In this document: in pieces, positions 10,114-19,726 of the stretch
How positions within the stretch are numbered: the stretch's first letter is position 1
Layout of the letters: every line of letters starts with the position of its first letter
NCBI GenBank assembly: GCA_963665275.2
Contig: CAXXIN010000007.1
Location: 416,001-480,000 of the forward strand
DNA: 64,000 nucleotides
Direction: 5' to 3'
From: Negativicutes bacterium
GTDB taxonomy: Bacteria > Bacillota > Negativicutes > UBA1444
Position numbers and translations under genes: made by a program
The notes under the pieces: generated by a model
What the model was told of the DNA's origin: nothing
The model's input: the letters and a program-made list of their open reading frames with translations, nothing else
The model's database searches: none

Positions 10114-11921
10114 TGAGTGGCGGATTCACAGGGCGCACCCTGGAAATTGACCTCAACCGACAGCGGCACTTCGTCAGCGATACCGATATGAAGGCCGCTG
10201 CCTTGTATCTCGGGGGCCGGGGAATGGGCATCAAGACACTGTGGGATCGTATCCCGACGGCTGGCCTGGATCCCCTGTCACCGGAGAATCCTTTGATGTT
10301 TTGGCCGGGTCCGCTGTCCGGTCTTCCTTTGGCAGGCGCCTCCCGCGTCTCAGTGGTTACCAAAGCAGCCAATACTTCTCCTTTGGACGGCAGTTTGGAA
10401 AATGCTTCGACCGTTACCTATTCCTCGATTGGCGGGCACTTCGGTCCAGCTTTGAAAATGGCGGGATTTGACGGCCTGATCCTGTCCGGCCGCTCTGATC
10501 GGCCGGTTGTGTTGATCATTGACGAAAACAAGATTTCATTCCGGGATGCTGCCGATCTCTGGGGGCAAACTACATCGATAACGCTCGAAACGCTGGGCCG
10601 TGAACTGGGACCTGATTTCCGGCTGCTGGCGATCGGACCGGCCGGGGAAAAAGGTGTCCGCTTCGCCGGCATTGTCAGCGATGTCCGGCGCACCACTGCT
10701 CGTGGCGGTTCCGGCGCTGTGATGGGATCAAAAAACATAAAGGCGATTGCCGTACGGGGTACGATCCCTATCCCCATGAACAAGGCTGAGGGACTAATGG
10801 CTTTGCGCCGCGAAACAGCCACTCTTTTGTCCTCTTGGAGCAATTATACCCACTGGCGACGTTGGGGCCCAACTCCACTGTTATTGTCGTCGGCCCAGGC
10901 CGGCATGCTGACCACGAAAAACTTCCGGGAAGGTTCCTGGCAGAATATCGCCAATCTGTCAATTCCCACCACCGAACGCGAGTTTTGGGTCCACCACACA
11001 GCCTGTGCCCACTGCACCCTGAAATGCGTCAAAATCGGCCAGATATCCCAGGGTCCCTGGAAAGGCGTGATTGCAGAAGGCCCCGGCTATAGCGCCGGCG
11101 CAATGTTGGGCTCCAATTGCGGCGTTTCCGATCTGGGCGGTCTGATGAAACTGATCTCCCGGGCCGATGACCTGGGAATGGATCCGATCGCGGCCGGCAA
11201 TGTGCTAGGATTTGTTATGGATTTATACCACAACGGTGTGCTTGGCAGCGCAGAGCTGGGCGGATTGTCTCCCGAGTGGGGCAAGGTTCCCGTGATGTTG
11301 GAATTGCTCGACCAAATTGCCTTCAGGCAAGGAATCGGAGAAGTTCTGTCACTCGGCGTGAAAAAAGCTGCCGCTGCCTTCGGTGCAAAATCTGTTCCTT
11401 TTGCCATGCATGTCAAAGGACAAGAACTAGCCGGCTGGAATGTACCTGCCAGTCATGATTTTGCGCTTGTCTACGGAACTGCCAACCGAGGCGGCAGCCA
11501 TCAGGAAGGCGCCACGATTCAGGAACAGCATCGCCGTACGTTTTTGGATGCGTTGTGCGTCTGCCGATTTGTTTATGGTGCAGTCGGCTTGGCTCCATAT
11601 CAGAGAGCTCTCTCGCTGGCAACCGGATGGCAAAGTGACGACGCTTCCATGCTGGCAGCCGGCGAACGCATCTGGACGCTGGAAAAAATGTTCAATGCGC
11701 GGGAAGGATTCCGTCGCGCAGATGATCGGCTTCCCCCCAGCATGACTTCCATCGTTTTCACCACCGGACCGAAAAAGGGAGCCAGCTTTCCTGCGGAAAA
11801 ACAGGAATCTCTGTTGGACAAATATTACGGGGATCGCGGTTGGGAGGTAAAAACCAGCCTGCCGACACCCGCAAAACTCAAATCGCTCGGGATCGACAAG
11901 CTGGTTGAAAAACAGTCCTGA
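10113..11921 (+). CDS. Aldehyde:ferredoxin oxidoreductase (AOR/WOR) family W/Mo-pterin enzyme, divergent active site
   Basis: YLGGRG, IGPAGE, RGGSGAVMGSKNIKAI, CAHCTLKC, DDLGMD, NRGGSH, FNAREG, YYGDRGW. Confidence 0.9.
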   Translation: MSGGFTGRTLEIDLNRQRHFVSDTDMKAAALYLGGRGMGIKTLWDRIPTAGLDPLSPENPLMFWPGPLSGLPLAGASRVSVVTKAANTSPLDGSLENASTVTYSSIGGHFGPALKMAGFDGLILSGRSDRPVVLIIDENKISFRDAADLWGQTTSITLETLGRELGPDFRLLAIGPAGEKGVRFAGIVSDVRRTTARGGSGAVMGSKNIKAIAVRGTIPIPMNKAEGLMALRRETATLLSSWSNYTHWRRWGPTPLLLSSAQAGMLTTKNFREGSWQNIANLSIPTTEREFWVHHTACAHCTLKCVKIGQISQGPWKGVIAEGPGYSAGAMLGSNCGVSDLGGLMKLISRADDLGMDPIAAGNVLGFVMDLYHNGVLGSAELGGLSPEWGKVPVMLELLDQIAFRQGIGEVLSLGVKKAAAAFGAKSVPFAMHVKGQELAGWNVPASHDFALVYGTANRGGSHQEGATIQEQHRRTFLDALCVCRFVYGAVGLAPYQRALSLATGWQSDDASMLAAGERIWTLEKMFNAREGFRRADDRLPPSMTSIVFTTGPKKGASFPAEKQESLLDKYYGDRGWEVKTSLPTPAKLKSLGIDKLVEKQS

Positions 11922-11930
11922 TTGCTTAGG

Positions 11931-13289
11931 TTAGTTGGTCAGGCTGCGAATCGGCGCCGGGATGCGGCCGCCGCGAGCAATGAACACATCTGGTCGGAAC
12001 CGGTTGACGGCCATAACTGGCGCATGCCCCAGCAAACCGCCGAAAACGACCGAATCCCCCACAGTTTTACCTGGAACGGGAATAATCCTGACTGCGGTGG
12101 TTTTGTTGTTGATAACTCCGATCGCCGCTTCGTCGGCGATGATGGCCGAAATGGTCGCTGCGGAAGTATCGCCGGGAACTGCGATCATGTCGAGTCCCAC
12201 AGAGCAGACGCAGGTCATGGCTTCCAGTTTCTCAAGCGTCAGGGCGCCTCTTTCCACCGCAGCGATCATGCCTGCATCTTCGCTGACAGGAATGAATGCG
12301 CCGGAGAGTCCGCCAACATGGGAAGAAGCCATCAAGCCGCCCTTTTTCACTGCATCATTCAGCAGCGCCAGCGCCGCAGTGGTGCCAGGAGCGCCGGTGC
12401 TCTCCAGACCCATCTCTTCGAGAATGGCGGCCACACTGTCTCCGATGGCCGGAGTTGGCGCCAATGAAAGATCTACGATGCCGAAGGGAACGTTCAGCCT
12501 GCGTGAGGCTTCCTGCGCCACCAACTGCCCCACACGGGTAATCTTGAAGGCGGTTTTTTTGATTGTTTCCGCAACCACGCCCAGGTCCGCGCCCCGAACT
12601 TGTTCGATAGCACGCATAACCACACCCGGCCCACTGACACCAACACTGATGCAGGCTTCCGCTTCTCCCACTCCATGAAAAGCCCCGGCCATGAAGGGAT
12701 TGTCCTCCACCGCATTGGCAAATACGACGAGTTTGGCGCAGCCAATGGCATCCCGATCTTGTGTGAGATGAGCCGTTTGCTTGATGATTTCACCCATGCG
12801 GGCCACACAGTCCATGTTGATTCCACTGGAGGTCGAGGCCAAATTGACGGAGGAGCAAACGCGGTCGGTGACTGACAGTGCTTCCGGAATGGATTCCAAT
12901 AGCACCAAATCGCCCTTAGTGAAACCCTTCTGCACCAAGGCGGAAAATCCGCCTATGAAATTCACGCCGACAGTTTTCGCTGCCCGATCCAGCGCTTCGG
13001 CCACAGCGACATAACTATCGGTATGACAGGCCTCAGCCGCGATGGCAATCGGGGTCACCGAAATCCTTTTATTGATGATGGGAACGCCGTATTCGGCTTC
13101 AATATCTTCGCCTACTCTGACGAGATGTTCGGCTTTGTGTGTAATTTTTTCATAAATATTCTGGCAAAACACAGTCAGATCAGGGTGGGCGCAGTCACGC
13201 AAACTGATTCCCATCGTGATGGTTCTGACATCCAGATTCTGTTCCTTGATCATTCGGTTCGTTTCGAGTATATCCTGCAGTTCAATCAT
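11931..13289 (-). CDS. UPF0210 (DUF711) PFL-like family protein
   Basis: [51 protein letters not shown]. Confidence 0.9.
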   Translation of the reverse strand: MIELQDILETNRMIKEQNLDVRTITMGISLRDCAHPDLTVFCQNIYEKITHKAEHLVRVGEDIEAEYGVPIINKRISVTPIAIAAEACHTDSYVAVAEALDRAAKTVGVNFIGGFSALVQKGFTKGDLVLLESIPEALSVTDRVCSSVNLASTSSGINMDCVARMGEIIKQTAHLTQDRDAIGCAKLVVFANAVEDNPFMAGAFHGVGEAEACISVGVSGPGVVMRAIEQVRGADLGVVAETIKKTAFKITRVGQLVAQEASRRLNVPFGIVDLSLAPTPAIGDSVAAILEEMGLESTGAPGTTAALALLNDAVKKGGLMASSHVGGLSGAFIPVSEDAGMIAAVERGALTLEKLEAMTCVCSVGLDMIAVPGDTSAATISAIIADEAAIGVINNKTTAVRIIPVPGKTVGDSVVFGGLLGHAPVMAVNRFRPDVFIARGGRIPAPIRSLTN

Positions 13290-13302
13290 TCAAGCACCCC
13301 CC

Positions 13303-13572
13303 TCATACCCGGTGCATGACTTGAAAAATATCGGCGTGCTGCGCCCGAATTTCGAGTCCAATGGCTTCGCCTTTGTTCTTCAGGATCTCCTGCAGTTCTT
13401 TGAGGCTGATTTTGGCCTCAGCCATATCGGCCGTCATGATCATGTTGAAAAATCCATCCAGTATGGTCTGATCAAGATTGAGGATATTGACGCCGTTTTC
13501 AGCCAGCACGGTGGCAACCATTGCGATGATGCCAACCCGGTCGCGTCCAAGAACGCTGATGACGATTTTCAT
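13303..13572 (-). CDS. UPF0237 ACT-domain protein
   Basis: 89-aa ACT fold (VLGRDRVGII...QHADIFQVMHRV); usual partner of UPF0210. Confidence 0.9.
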   Translation of the reverse strand: MKIVISVLGRDRVGIIAMVATVLAENGVNILNLDQTILDGFFNMIMTADMAEAKISLKELQEILKNKGEAIGLEIRAQHADIFQVMHRV

Positions 13573-13687
13573 GATACCGCTCCTTTATCTAATGGTTTCA
13601 TTGATTGGGTTAACTATTATTGTATTTTCCACAGCCAAATAAAGCAAGCACACAGCCGCTAAAATCTGACAAGGGGGTAACAAAGCC

Positions 13688-14356
13688 ATGAATCTGTTCG
13701 ATGTCATTGGCCCCATCATGATTGGCCCTTCCAGTTCTCACACCGCCGGCGCGGTTCGCTTGGGTAAACTGGCTCTGGCCTTGCTGGGAGAACCAGTTCG
13801 CGAAGCCTACATCGGCCTCCACGGCTCATTCGCCAGCACTGGCAGGGGACACGGAACGGACAGGGCTCTGGTTGCCGGCCTGATGGGCTGGAATACCGAT
13901 GATTCCCGTATTCCCAAGTCATTCGAAGCGGCTGCCGCCGAAGCCCTGTCTTTTCACTTTGAAACCGTTTGCCTGGGCGACGGCGCACATCCCAATACCG
14001 TCCTGTTTGCCCTGAAAGGAAAAGGAGAAGGCGTACTGCGCCTTACAGGTTGTTCTGTAGGAGCCGGTCGCATAAAAATGACTGAGCTCAATGGGTTCCC
14101 TTTGGAATTAACAGGTGAGTTCGCCTCCCTGATCACTTTGCATCATGATCGACCGGGCGTTATCCATAGCGTAACCGGCGTTCTCGCGTCAAGGTCTGTT
14201 AATGTGGCTGAAATGCGGGTATCACGAAGGAAACGGGGAAGCACAGCCGTCATGGTCATCGATGTGGACGGAACGGTTCCACAGGATGTCGTAGAAGCTG
14301 TCGCCGGACTCCCCGAGATCATAGCCGCACGGCGTTTAACCCCTGTTATGTCATAG
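13688..14356 (+). CDS. sdaAB: L-serine dehydratase beta subunit
   Basis: GPIMIGPSSSHTAGA, GHGTD, C-terminal ACT domain. Confidence 0.95.
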   Translation: MNLFDVIGPIMIGPSSSHTAGAVRLGKLALALLGEPVREAYIGLHGSFASTGRGHGTDRALVAGLMGWNTDDSRIPKSFEAAAAEALSFHFETVCLGDGAHPNTVLFALKGKGEGVLRLTGCSVGAGRIKMTELNGFPLELTGEFASLITLHHDRPGVIHSVTGVLASRSVNVAEMRVSRRKRGSTAVMVIDVDGTVPQDVVEAVAGLPEIIAARRLTPVMS

Positions 14357-14372
14357 AGGAGGGACCCTTTAT

Positions 14373-15269
14373 ATGGAGAAATTATCCTTATTATCCTTGA
14401 TTGAGGACGCAGCTGCCAACGAATCCTCTTTTTCCCACTACTGTCTGCAGTTGCAGGCAACAGAAATGGAACTGGATGAAGATCTGCTGCTGCAAAAAAT
14501 GCAGGAATCCCTCCTCGTCATGCGAAATGCGATCGACTATGGACTCACCGGAGTCCGATCCACCGGCGGCCTGGCCGGAGGAGACGGATTGCGCCTCCAA
14601 ACGCGGCACGCGGCAGCCAATAATGGTCTGATATTGGGACCTTTAGCTGCAAAGGCCTCGTCGTATGCCTTGGCAGCCAACGAGGCGAATGCCGCCATGG
14701 GAAGGATTTGCGCCGCCCCCACTGCCGGGTCCAGTGGCGTGCTGCCGGCTGTGCTGTTCTCCATCGCCGAAGAACGGGGCCTGAAGCAAAACGATCTCGC
14801 GCTGGCGCTTGTATCCGCAGGCGTCATCGGCATGGTGATTGCTTCCCGTGCTTCGCTTTCCGGCGCCGAAGGAGGCTGCCAGGCTGAATGCGGCAGCGCC
14901 GCCGCAATGGCTGCCGGAGCCGCCGTTGAACTAGTCGGGGGTACGCCGCATCAGGTGGGGCATGCCGTTGCCTTTGCTTTGAAAAACTTATTGGGCCTGG
15001 TGTGTGATCCTGTCGCTGGGCTGGTCGAAGTTCCCTGTGTCAAACGCAACGCCGGTGCGGCCATGATTGCGCTCCTGTCTGCCGATATGGCCTTATCTGG
15101 AATTGAAAGTATCATTCCTGTCGATGAAGTGATGGATGCGATGGCCGCCGTTGGCCGTTCAATGCCAGCCGCTTTGCGGGAAACTGGCCAGGGAGGCCTG
15201 GCTGCAACCCCGACGGGTTTGCAGTGCGCCGAACGAATCTTCGGAGCCCGAAGTCACCTGAGCGAATAA
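14373..15269 (+). CDS. sdaAA: L-serine dehydratase alpha subunit
   Basis: AAPTAGS, GGCQAECG, GLVCDPVAGLVEVPCVKRN, LRETGQGGLA. Confidence 0.95.
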   Translation: MEKLSLLSLIEDAAANESSFSHYCLQLQATEMELDEDLLLQKMQESLLVMRNAIDYGLTGVRSTGGLAGGDGLRLQTRHAAANNGLILGPLAAKASSYALAANEANAAMGRICAAPTAGSSGVLPAVLFSIAEERGLKQNDLALALVSAGVIGMVIASRASLSGAEGGCQAECGSAAAMAAGAAVELVGGTPHQVGHAVAFALKNLLGLVCDPVAGLVEVPCVKRNAGAAMIALLSADMALSGIESIIPVDEVMDAMAAVGRSMPAALRETGQGGLAATPTGLQCAERIFGARSHLSE

Positions 15270-15271
15270 CA

Positions 15272-15311
15272 AAGGAGCCGTGCTGAAACTTAACTTTCGG
15301 CGCGGCTCCTT
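15272..15311. terminator. Hairpin between convergent sdaAA and uraA
   Basis: AAGGAGCCGTGCTGAAA...TTTCGGCGCGGCTCCTT inverted repeat. Confidence 0.65.
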
Positions 15312-15331
15312 CGCAACTGACAGCAAGAGAA

Positions 15332-16621
15332 TTATGCTTCCGGACCCCCATCATTGGCCAGATTAAACTTGTCAAGCATGTAAAACAGCAGACTGACAAA
15401 AATAGAAACGATGGTTCCGAGCGCCATCCCTTTCAGTTCAATCGCACCGACCTTGATGGCCGCACCGCTGATGCCGGAAATCAAAACAACGGAAGTCAAA
15501 ATCAGGTTGCGTGATTTGGTATAATCGACTTTCTTTTCAATCAACATGCGGATACCAGCTGCTGCGATGACGCCGAACAGCAGAATACAGACGCCGCCCA
15601 TGACCGGCACTGGGATGCTGCGGATGATGGCGGCAAATTTGCCGACGAAGGAAATGGCGATCGCGATACAAGCTGCGCCGCCGATCACCCATACGCTGAA
15701 CACTTTTGTAATCGCCATAACGCCTATATTTTCACCATACGTGGTATTCGGTGTAGCACCCACCAAGCCGGACAAGATATTGGAAATGCCGTCGCCCAGC
15801 AAAGACCGGTCCAACCCGGGGTCTTTCACCAGATCCTTGCCCACGATATTGCCTGTCACCACCAAATGGCCGATATGCTCCGCCAGCACCACGAAAGCCG
15901 CTGGCAGAATCATCAGCATGGCCCCCGCGTTGAAGGTCGGGGCATAAAGTGTCGGCACTTCAAACCAGGGCGCCGCTGCTATACTGGCAAAATCCACGAT
16001 GCCCATCGCTATCGAGAACAGATAGCCAGCCACGACCCCGATGAGAACCGGAATCGCCGCGAGAAAGCCCCGCAGCAGGATGGATCCGAGAATCGTCACC
16101 GCCAGCGTGAACATTGAAACGGTTATTGCGGTAACATAAGGAATTTTGAGCTGTTCAATCAGTTTGCCTGTGAGGCCTGCCATATCTGTCGCCACCGGCG
16201 CCAACTCCAAGCCGATGATCGCAACGATGGCCCCCATGGCGGCCGGCGGGAAAATAACGTCGATCCAGCGGGTACCGGCCACACGGACCAGCTGCGATAT
16301 CAAAACAAAGAACAGGCCGAACATGATAAATCCACCTTGGGCGGCTGCATATCCCCCCAAACTGGGGTCGGCCATAATTGCAAAAACTGGCGAAATGAAA
16401 GCGAAACTTGAGCCGAGATAGGCCGGGATGCGACCTCGGGCTATCACCAGATAGATGATGGTTCCAATCCCGTTCATCAGCAGCGACGTCGCGGGATTGA
16501 CCTTGAACAGGAACGGTACGAGAACCGTGGCGCCGAACATTGCGAACAGATGCTGCAAACTCAGGGGGAAAGTTTGTCCCAGTGGCAATTTTTCTTGAAC
16601 CTGAATAATTCTTCTCTCCAT
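15332..16621 (-). CDS. uraA: Uracil permease (NCS2 family)
   Basis: LQHLFAMFGATVLVP, YLGSSFAFI, EHIGH, PNTTYGENIGV signature. Confidence 0.92.
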   Translation of the reverse strand: MERRIIQVQEKLPLGQTFPLSLQHLFAMFGATVLVPFLFKVNPATSLLMNGIGTIIYLVIARGRIPAYLGSSFAFISPVFAIMADPSLGGYAAAQGGFIMFGLFFVLISQLVRVAGTRWIDVIFPPAAMGAIVAIIGLELAPVATDMAGLTGKLIEQLKIPYVTAITVSMFTLAVTILGSILLRGFLAAIPVLIGVVAGYLFSIAMGIVDFASIAAAPWFEVPTLYAPTFNAGAMLMILPAAFVVLAEHIGHLVVTGNIVGKDLVKDPGLDRSLLGDGISNILSGLVGATPNTTYGENIGVMAITKVFSVWVIGGAACIAIAISFVGKFAAIIRSIPVPVMGGVCILLFGVIAAAGIRMLIEKKVDYTKSRNLILTSVVLISGISGAAIKVGAIELKGMALGTIVSIFVSLLFYMLDKFNLANDGGPEA

Positions 16622-16664
16622 AAATTCATCTCCTATCCTTTAAAAATATAAGACCGACTGCAGG

Positions 16665-16713
16665 AAAAAAGACGCCCACAATTCGTAGAGCCTACAAATC
16701 ATGTCACGTCTTT
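16665..16713 (-). terminator. Terminator-like hairpin between flavin reductase gene and uraA
   Basis: Minus strand AAAGACG..CATGATTTGTAG-GCT-CTACGAATTGTG..CGTCTTTTTT. Confidence 0.6.
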
Positions 16714-16811
16714 GCGCATGAGGACCTCCGCTTGAGCATTCTTGCCCTTTACATAAAATTCGGAGTTCGTTGAAAAAAACCCTTTCGCAAATCAATATTT
16801 ATTTTTACAGT

Positions 16812-17579
16812 TCATTTTTTCCTTTTATTCTCTCGGAAATATTCATATGTCAGTGCCGTGCGATCGGCTACTACCATCCCGGCAGTCACGTCCGCAACAA
16901 ACAAGTTATGGGTTCCAACGTCCAGAATCTTGTCAGGGATCACGCGCGCCTCCAAATAAGCCATGCAGTTGCACAGAATCGGGCAACCATTTTCCCCCAG
17001 CACATAAGAAACTTCGGCGAACTTATCCGCAACACGGCCTGAGCGATATCCGAAGTTCCGCACCATATCGAACTGCTCCTGTCCCAGCAGCGAAACCGTA
17101 AAACAACCAGCTTGCGAGATGAATTCATGGGTCAGGTTGTTCTTGTTCAGGCAAACTGCGATTCGCAGCGGCGGATCAGTCAGTTGAAAGACGGTGTTGG
17201 AAATCTGGCCGTTCAGTTTTCCATCTTTAATAGAAGATACAACATACAGTCCATAGCTGATTTTATCAAGCGCCGCGCGCGCAGTTCCTTCCGTCGAGTT
17301 CAAAACGCTCGCAGCTGTAAGTTGCTGAATCACATCCTCCAACAGAACGAACATCTCACGCCCCACGCCGCATACCGGGCAAACCTCAGGGGGCTCGTCT
17401 CCTTCATGGATATAGTCGCATACTGTACATTTCCACCGTTTCGGTTTGGCTCCCGACGGGGCAACTTCATCGGTATAAGGCACAAACTCTTCCGGTCCCA
17501 CGCCACACACCGGACAGACTTCCGGCGGTGTTTCTCCTTCATGAATATAGCCGCAAACCTTGCAACGCCACTTCTTCAT
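16812..17579 (-). CDS. Two rubredoxin-like domains fused to a flavin reductase domain
   Basis: Two [23 protein letters not shown] repeats, then [19 protein letters not shown]. Confidence 0.88.
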   Translation of the reverse strand: MKKWRCKVCGYIHEGETPPEVCPVCGVGPEEFVPYTDEVAPSGAKPKRWKCTVCDYIHEGDEPPEVCPVCGVGREMFVLLEDVIQQLTAASVLNSTEGTARAALDKISYGLYVVSSIKDGKLNGQISNTVFQLTDPPLRIAVCLNKNNLTHEFISQAGCFTVSLLGQEQFDMVRNFGYRSGRVADKFAEVSYVLGENGCPILCNCMAYLEARVIPDKILDVGTHNLFVADVTAGMVVADRTALTYEYFRENKRKK

Positions 17580-17753
17580 CCTTTACTCCTCCGCTTGCTG
17601 CATATTTTCGCAATTCCTGACTATTTTGATTCGCTCTCCTCCGCCCGCATTCCTGCCAACCTGCACAAATTGACAGGAAAGATTGAAATTGTTAGTATGA
17701 AATCAGGCTATAGCCTCGCAAATCCTGACTACAAAAGGATGGGATAATTTATT

Positions 17754-17972
17754 ATGCTTACAAAAGAATTGATCGAACGCATCAATGCACTGTCCCAAAA
17801 ACAACGGCAGGATGGCCTGAATGAGGAAGAAAAATCCGAACAGGCCCTGCTCAGACGACAATATCTTGACAGCGTCAAGGAGCAGGTTCGCGGTCAGTTG
17901 GCTGCGGCCCAAATTCCTGAAAAACATGAAGTTTCGTGCACTTGCGGTTGCCATGGCGGGCATAAACATTGA
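17754..17972 (+). CDS. DUF896/YnzC-family protein with Cys/His-rich tail
   Basis: IERINALSQKQRQDGLNEEEKSEQALLRRQYL core; C-terminus CTCGCHGGHKH. Confidence 0.85.
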   Translation: MLTKELIERINALSQKQRQDGLNEEEKSEQALLRRQYLDSVKEQVRGQLAAAQIPEKHEVSCTCGCHGGHKH

Positions 17973-18463
17973 TTCCGGTGATCTCCTTCATCGGGCGTTC
18001 CGGTGTCGGCAAAACGACCTATCTGGAAAAAATGATCGCTGAGCTGAAACGGCGTGGCTATCGGATCGGCGTTATCAAGCATGATATCCACGGATTTGAA
18101 ATGGACCACCCAGGCAAAGATACTTGGCGCCACGCGCAGGCAGGCGCCGATGTGGTCTGTATTTCATCCTCTGAAAAATTCGCCATGATCAAAAAAACTC
18201 ACTGCGACATGCCTCTTGATGAAATCGTTGCCAAAATAGATGATGTCGACATCATCCTGGTGGAGGGCTACAAAAACCACAGCGCCCGTCGGGTGGAAAT
18301 ATTCCGGCAGGCCGCCGGACGTGAACCACTTGGCCGACCCGCTGACATTTTCGCCGTGATTTCCGACATCCCGTTATATCAAGGCCTGCCCCACTTTGGG
18401 CTGGAGGAACCGGTATCCTTTGCCGATTACCTCATAGAGCGCATCCAGGATGACTGGCGATGA
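17969..18463 (+). CDS. mobB: Molybdopterin-guanine dinucleotide biosynthesis protein B
   Basis: P-loop GRSGVGKTT, IKHD, GKDTWRH, LVEGYK. Confidence 0.92.
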   Translation: MIPVISFIGRSGVGKTTYLEKMIAELKRRGYRIGVIKHDIHGFEMDHPGKDTWRHAQAGADVVCISSSEKFAMIKKTHCDMPLDEIVAKIDDVDIILVEGYKNHSARRVEIFRQAAGREPLGRPADIFAVISDIPLYQGLPHFGLEEPVSFADYLIERIQDDWR

Positions 18464-19053
18464 CGGGGATTGTACTCGCGGGAGGGCGCAACCTCCGAAT
18501 GGGGCGGGACAAAGCGACCCTGCCCTGGCAAGGCGCCGATTTTCTGCATACGATCCTGCAAAGACTCTCCTCCGTCTGCAGTGAACTGATTGTCGTAACC
18601 AACAATCCGGCGCCCGGCATCATCGATGGCGTTCGATATGTCTCGGACATCATCCCGGGTTGCGGTCCCCTGTCAGGCATTCATGCCGGATTGCATTATG
18701 CGTCCTCCCCATTCTCCTTCGTCACCGCCTGCGACATGCCTTTTGTCAATTCAGCAGCGGTTTCCTGGTTGTTTTCCCAGGCGCAGGGCTGGGACGCTGT
18801 CATTCCCATTGAGGCTACCTTCACGGAACCTCTGTTTGCCTGCTACGCCAAGACCTGTATTCCGCATATCGAACTCCTGCTGCGTCAGGACATTCGCAAA
18901 ACCCAGAGGCTGATTCAGCTCATCCGATGTCGAAGCATTTCGCTCAACGACTTGCGCCTCTTCGATCCCGATCTGAAATTCCTGAGAAATATCAATTCAC
19001 CGGCGGATTACCAGGCAGCGCTGTCTGAAATAGGACAGCCGCCTGTGCTATAA
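18460..19053 (+). CDS. mobA: Molybdenum cofactor guanylyltransferase
   Basis: LAGGRNLRMGRDKA, GPLSGI, ACDMPF, NINSPAD. Confidence 0.92.
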   Translation: MTGIVLAGGRNLRMGRDKATLPWQGADFLHTILQRLSSVCSELIVVTNNPAPGIIDGVRYVSDIIPGCGPLSGIHAGLHYASSPFSFVTACDMPFVNSAAVSWLFSQAQGWDAVIPIEATFTEPLFACYAKTCIPHIELLLRQDIRKTQRLIQLIRCRSISLNDLRLFDPDLKFLRNINSPADYQAALSEIGQPPVL

Positions 19054-19096
19054 TATTATTTAAACTGCAAAGCAAAATTGCGACGGGGGAATTAAA

Positions 19097-19726
19097 ATGG
19101 CATTCACTCTGAAACCCAAAGAGGAAAAATTTTTCAGCACCTTGTTCGAACACGCTATGCTCGTCAGGGAAGCAACAGAGATTCTTCATGAAGCGATCTC
19201 GGACCGAGCCAAGATTCCTGAATTGATGGTGCGAATTACCGAAACAGAAAAAACAGCAGATGAAATTGTCGACCGGATTATGGTAAAACTCCATAAAACA
19301 TTTATCGCTCCCATGGATCGCGAAGATATCTTCACACTGGCCAAAAAGTTGGACGACATCATCGATTGTATCAAAGCTGCGATTGAACGAATGGATTTGT
19401 ATAATATCGGCGAACCATCAGAAAACATCAGGAGTATGTCGGAATTGATTTTAAAGTGCGGCAAACAGGTGGAAAAAGCACTGTTTAGCCTGCAAGACCT
19501 AAAGAAAGAACGACTTCGACTGCAGGCCCGCTGTGAGAGAATCATTGACATCGAGGCGGCAGGCGACGATCTGTACCGACAGGAAATGGGCAAACTTTTC
19601 CGGGAATGCACGGATGCCATAGAAATTATCAAATGGAAAGAAATATTAGTCAATCTGGAAGAGGTTCTGGATTTGTCCGAAGATGTCGCCACATCCTTGA
19701 AGCGGGTCGTCATTAAATATGCCTGA
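19097..19726 (+). CDS. DUF47 / PhoU-like phosphate transport regulator
   Basis: TFIAPMDREDI, IKWKEI; overlaps the pit gene. Confidence 0.9.
   Translation: MAFTLKPKEEKFFSTLFEHAMLVREATEILHEAISDRAKIPELMVRITETEKTADEIVDRIMVKLHKTFIAPMDREDIFTLAKKLDDIIDCIKAAIERMDLYNIGEPSENIRSMSELILKCGKQVEKALFSLQDLKKERLRLQARCERIIDIEAAGDDLYRQEMGKLFRECTDAIEIIKWKEILVNLEEVLDLSEDVATSLKRVVIKYA

Noticed and set aside
16622-16811. Possible PyrR attenuator or purine riboswitch upstream of uraA
   Set aside because: A terminator-like hairpin is present, but I found no PyrR-binding consensus (ARUCCNGNGAGGYU) or purine aptamer core; it may simply terminate the upstream gene.
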